A DNA stretch of 64,000 bases from Nemertoderma westbladi. Taxonomy: Eukaryota; Animalia; Xenacoelomorpha. The notes beneath the pieces were generated by a model that ran no database searches, was not told the DNA's origin, and worked only from the letters and a program-made list of their open reading frames with translations. The DNA is taken from the NCBI GenBank assembly GCA_032718475.1, contig JAUCBJ010000586.1:43857-107856 (forward strand), written 5' to 3'. This document shows, one piece after another, positions 62,412 through 64,000 of this stretch; the stretch's first letter is position 1; each line of letters opens with the position of its first letter. The position numbers were made by a program, and so were the translations under genes.

Positions 62412-64000
62412 TCGGTTGATCTGGTCGCAGCCCATTATATTGTAGTCGGTGGTAACGTGGGGGGGGGGGGGGGGGGGGGGGGGGGTCCGGAAGAATTGTG
62501 CGGAATGTTATCACTCCAATAAGTCGATCGGTTTCCCATTTTATTTCATGGGATTATTACAAGGAGGGTTGAAATCTCGTAATTATTTTCAATATAAATT
62601 CCATTGAAGACGAAAAATTTTACTTTTACTTTCTAAACTTATAAATAAATTACTTCTAAATTGCTGAAAAGGATTAATTAATATATTTATAATATGATAA
62701 TTTAAAGAAAATGAAATTCATTAAATTCACTGTTATTAATAAACGACAATCCAATGACACTTCGGTACATCACATTTAAGGTGTCAAGCCGGAGTTGCGT
62801 GGCTGTGCAGTGCAAGTCGGTTCCTTATCGGCCATCTATTCAACTACCTGGCCTCTTCCCAAAGCTGCAACCCCAACTCTTTCAGTTTCACTACTAGGAT
62901 TTATCTATATATTTAATGTATTATTAATTACCTTTAGGCTATAAACTTGTGAGAGTTTTACTTTTAAGGGAAACACAGAATGACGGGATTAAGTACATTA
63001 CCGGTACTATACTATATATATACCGGTATTATTCGCAGTAGATTTCATATTATTTAATTATTCTTTAACCTACAATTGTTAAACCAATCGATTACTCTGC
63101 AGTTTTGTCTTCCTTTATCTCGTTTTTCCATTGGTGGTGTGATGGGGGTCGGATTATACATATTTTGTTTCTTAATCAATGTCATACATAATATCCAGCC
63201 GGTACCGGCACTGTCTAAATTCAGTGATCTGATCTTCCTGATATAAATCTTCATGAGATTGTAATGAATTTTGAAACAGATATTTTGACATCTAAACTTC
63301 TTAGGAAATTGTGTGTCCGTCGATATTGCAGCAGTTATAGTTGCAAAAGGTGCAACATAGAGTTATTGTTCTAGAATATCAACGAATTTAAATGTTTACA
63401 GCGAAACTATAACTTGTGACGCACTCACACTCATATATAGGGAATCAACTCAACCTATATCCGGTTCAAATATCATACGATCTCATTAATCCTAGAAATG
63501 TAAGAGGAGCTCGTACAATGTACACCAAGTATGGAATTAGTGCCTCCTATACTGTGATCAATGTGATGTGAATATATTGGCTATATTGCACCTTTATTGT
63601 AGGAACTGTGTTTATTTATAAGAATTAACGTCAAGATTAGGTGTTATTATACTTTTAATACGGTTATCAAATCAATTCAGGTCATTAAGTTTTAGTGTCG
63701 TTATAATTGATGTTATTTTTGTAAATATGTATCCTTTATTATCTAAAATCAATTTATAATGCTCCCCCAAATTGCGTAGATTAGATACTTAGTACCGGGT
63801 GTACTGTTTGGGCACTGCCAGCACTGCCATATGCATCAAGTCAATTGTTTTAAATACTTTTATTATTATCACGTGTACACCAATAGGATTAACCTTATTT
63901 GCTGCATTACATTTACATCGTAAACACATAATTTTTGACGGCACAAATAAAGTGATTTTTAGATTACATTTACTTTACATGCAATTTTGGTATTTTAATA

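Overview
AT-rich, repeat-rich genomic DNA from an invertebrate animal. The evidence is GT-AG spliced genes, metazoan gene families and eukaryotic transposons; I saw no CRISPR, rRNA or prokaryotic operon signal. Five host genes are supported: (1) an intronless SLC46/PCFT-like MFS transporter (6587-8074,+); (2) TNFAIP8/TIPE (16021-16575,-); (3) a two-exon ADP/ATP carrier of the plant/fungal-like type (22820-21568,-); (4) a four-exon MFHAS1-like Roco gene encoding LRR-Roc-COR plus a C-terminal death domain (39037-52093,+; 986 aa by manual splicing); (5) an intronless p130Cas/BCAR1-family gene (60183-62411,+). The rest is mostly transposon debris: RTE, CR1-like and CRE-like LINE relics, hAT, pogo/Tc1, Mutator and Merlin DNA elements, a tRNA-derived SINE and several satellites. 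The most striking structure is in Roco intron 1, a ~7.6 kb stack of ~1.27 kb non-autonomous Helitrons. All copies share one orientation, several are inserted inside a sister copy, and each carries about seven RFX X-box-like palindromes. Other notable features are an RTE copy inserted into the GDF|NA motif of another RTE copy, and TA-flanked excision-footprint-like motifs that cluster at gene 5' ends. All family calls come from motif recognition by eye, without database searches.
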